From positions 1 through 44,446 of the IMG/VR virus record IMGVR_UViG_3300040801_002133: 44,446 bases of DNA. One strand, given 5' to 3'. The notes under the pieces are model-generated. The model saw only the letters and a program-made list of their open reading frames with translations, was not told where the DNA came from and made no database searches. The translations under genes were made by a program, and so were the position numbers. Every line of letters starts with the position of its first letter. Positions within the stretch are counted from its first letter, which is position 1. Origin of the DNA: a virus. Shown here in pieces: positions 43,600-44,446 of the stretch.

Positions 43600-44446
43600 T
43601 AGAATTTCTTCCTATGTTCTTCTAAGTATTGAATAGGTTTCTTGCCTTCAGACTGCACTTCCATTAAGAATGCTTTCTTGTCCTTAATGTTCATGAGCAC
43701 GCCTCTACGCTTAAGCTCTGCAATTTTCAGAATAACGACTCTGCCTTTGAAGTGTTTTCTAGTTATATTCTTAAATACTCCTCCTAGAAGGCTTTTAACA
43801 AGCTCGTTGTGTCTTCTAATTGCATAACTAGCAAACGCCTTTGTGTCGTGCAAGTACTCTGCGAGAGACATTGCTTTGAATATTATCTCTGTCTCAGACA
43901 AGTACACTTTTCCTTCTTCTACTTCTGAAAGATTAGGCGTTTGTCTTTCTTTGCAAAACTGCGTAACTCTGTGCAACCAAAGATTGTCGTCAGATATTTC
44001 GTCTCTAGAAGGCTCTTCTACTGCAATATTGTCCATAGCAGTTTTCAAAACCTCTACCCACTTTGCTTCTTTCATCCTATGTTGCGGAAGATGAAGCTCC
44101 TTTAGACAAAGCGTTCTGAATACAGATTGGCTCTCTAACGCTTTTGCGTCGTCAAACCGCAATATCTTTCCATTTATCTCCCATTCGTAGTACGGCTCAG
44201 AAGAGCTGAAGACCGTCAATTGTCCAAAGTTGAGAGAAGTTACGCTGTCGCTAGACACTCCAAATTCTCTTTTGGAGCACATTTCTCTATCGCAAACAGG
44301 CGACAGTACAGGAGACTTGCAATCGTAAGCATAGTTGCTCTTGTTGTGAGAGGCTATGACCGTCTTGTTTAGTTCTGCGTAAGGAATCGGCAAAGACATT
44401 GTAGCATTTACTTTGTGCAAATGCTCTTCATAGTCTTCTTGAAATC
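43599..44446 (-). CDS. Prim-pol, C-terminal part. This is the same gene as 1-856, and the overlap 44330-44446 duplicates 1-117.
   Basis: The track ORF 43599-44420 begins at a TTG that is internal to the junction-spanning ORF. There is no stop between 44446 and 43602. Confidence 0.8.
   Translation of the reverse strand, partial: FQEDYEEHLHKVNATMSLPIPYAELNKTVIASHNKSNYAYDCKSPVLSPVCDREMCSKREFGVSSDSVTSLNFGQLTVFSSSEPYYEWEINGKILRFDDAKALESQSVFRTLCLKELHLPQHRMKEAKWVEVLKTAMDNIAVEEPSRDEISDDNLWLHRVTQFCKERQTPNLSEVEEGKVYLSETEIIFKAMSLAEYLHDTKAFASYAIRRHNELVKSLLGGVFKNITRKHFKGRVVILKIAELKRRGVLMNIKDKKAFLMEVQSEGKKPIQYLEEHRKKF
44330..44446. repeat. Terminal direct repeat, copy B (identical to 1-117).
   Basis: Same comparison as copy A. 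Confidence 0.9.

Noticed and set aside
1-44446. Lysogeny module, tRNAs, or a single-subunit RNA polymerase.
   Set aside because: No integrase, recombinase, CI/Cro-like pair, cloverleaf-like sequence or RNAP-like ORF of about 800-900 aa was recognisable. The absence is noted, but it cannot be proven without searches.

Overview
The window is a complete, circularly closed dsDNA tailed-phage genome. Bases 1-117 are identical to 44330-44446, so the unique length is about 44,329 bp. A prim-pol gene on the minus strand reads continuously across that junction.

The genome has two convergent arms that meet at a bidirectional terminator near 37.6 kb.

(1) The leftward (minus-strand) early/replication arm starts at a promoter near 10.8 kb, runs through position 1, and wraps to 44.3 -> 37.6 kb. 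It encodes:
- a pyrimidine-dimer glycosylase
- an HD-domain nucleotidase and a dATP/dGTP-pyrophosphohydrolase-like protein
- an ATP-dependent DNA ligase, a DUF3310 protein and an SNF2 helicase
- a Gp157-like protein, an SSB-like protein, a VRR-NUC nuclease and a PD-(D/E)XK nuclease
- an AEP prim-pol, a stand-alone paralog of the prim-pol C-terminal domain and a UvrD-like SF1 helicase
- a ThyA-like/dCMP-deaminase fusion, an HNH-AP2 homing endonuclease and a family A DNA polymerase

(2) The rightward (plus-strand) late arm spans 11.2-37.6 kb and has siphovirus architecture. It encodes:
- TerS, TerL, portal, scaffold and major capsid
- head-tail connector proteins, tail terminator and major tail protein
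- the G/GT chaperone pair, made through an A_AAA_AAC -1 frameshift, followed by the tape measure
- a tail-tip block that includes a 1683-aa multi-LamG fibre
- an extended lysis and membrane-protein block

No integrase, repressor, phage RNA polymerase, tRNA or CRISPR array was recognised.

The points most worth a second look are:
- The ThyA-like domain has Asp at the Asn177 pyrimidine-specificity position and is fused to a dCMP deaminase. Together with two nucleotide phosphohydrolases, this may be a DNA base-modification or alternative dTMP route.
- A dyad-symmetric field of 11 CACGACG iterons lies around an AT-rich core and is a putative origin.
- A CCTA-N7-TAGG palindrome occurs four times in the two large intergenic regions.
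- A DUF1353-like ORF immediately upstream of the endolysin is interrupted only by two in-frame TGA codons.
- The giant LamG fibre shows internal domain duplication and a periodic QxY C-terminus.

All family assignments come from motif recognition by eye, not from database searches.
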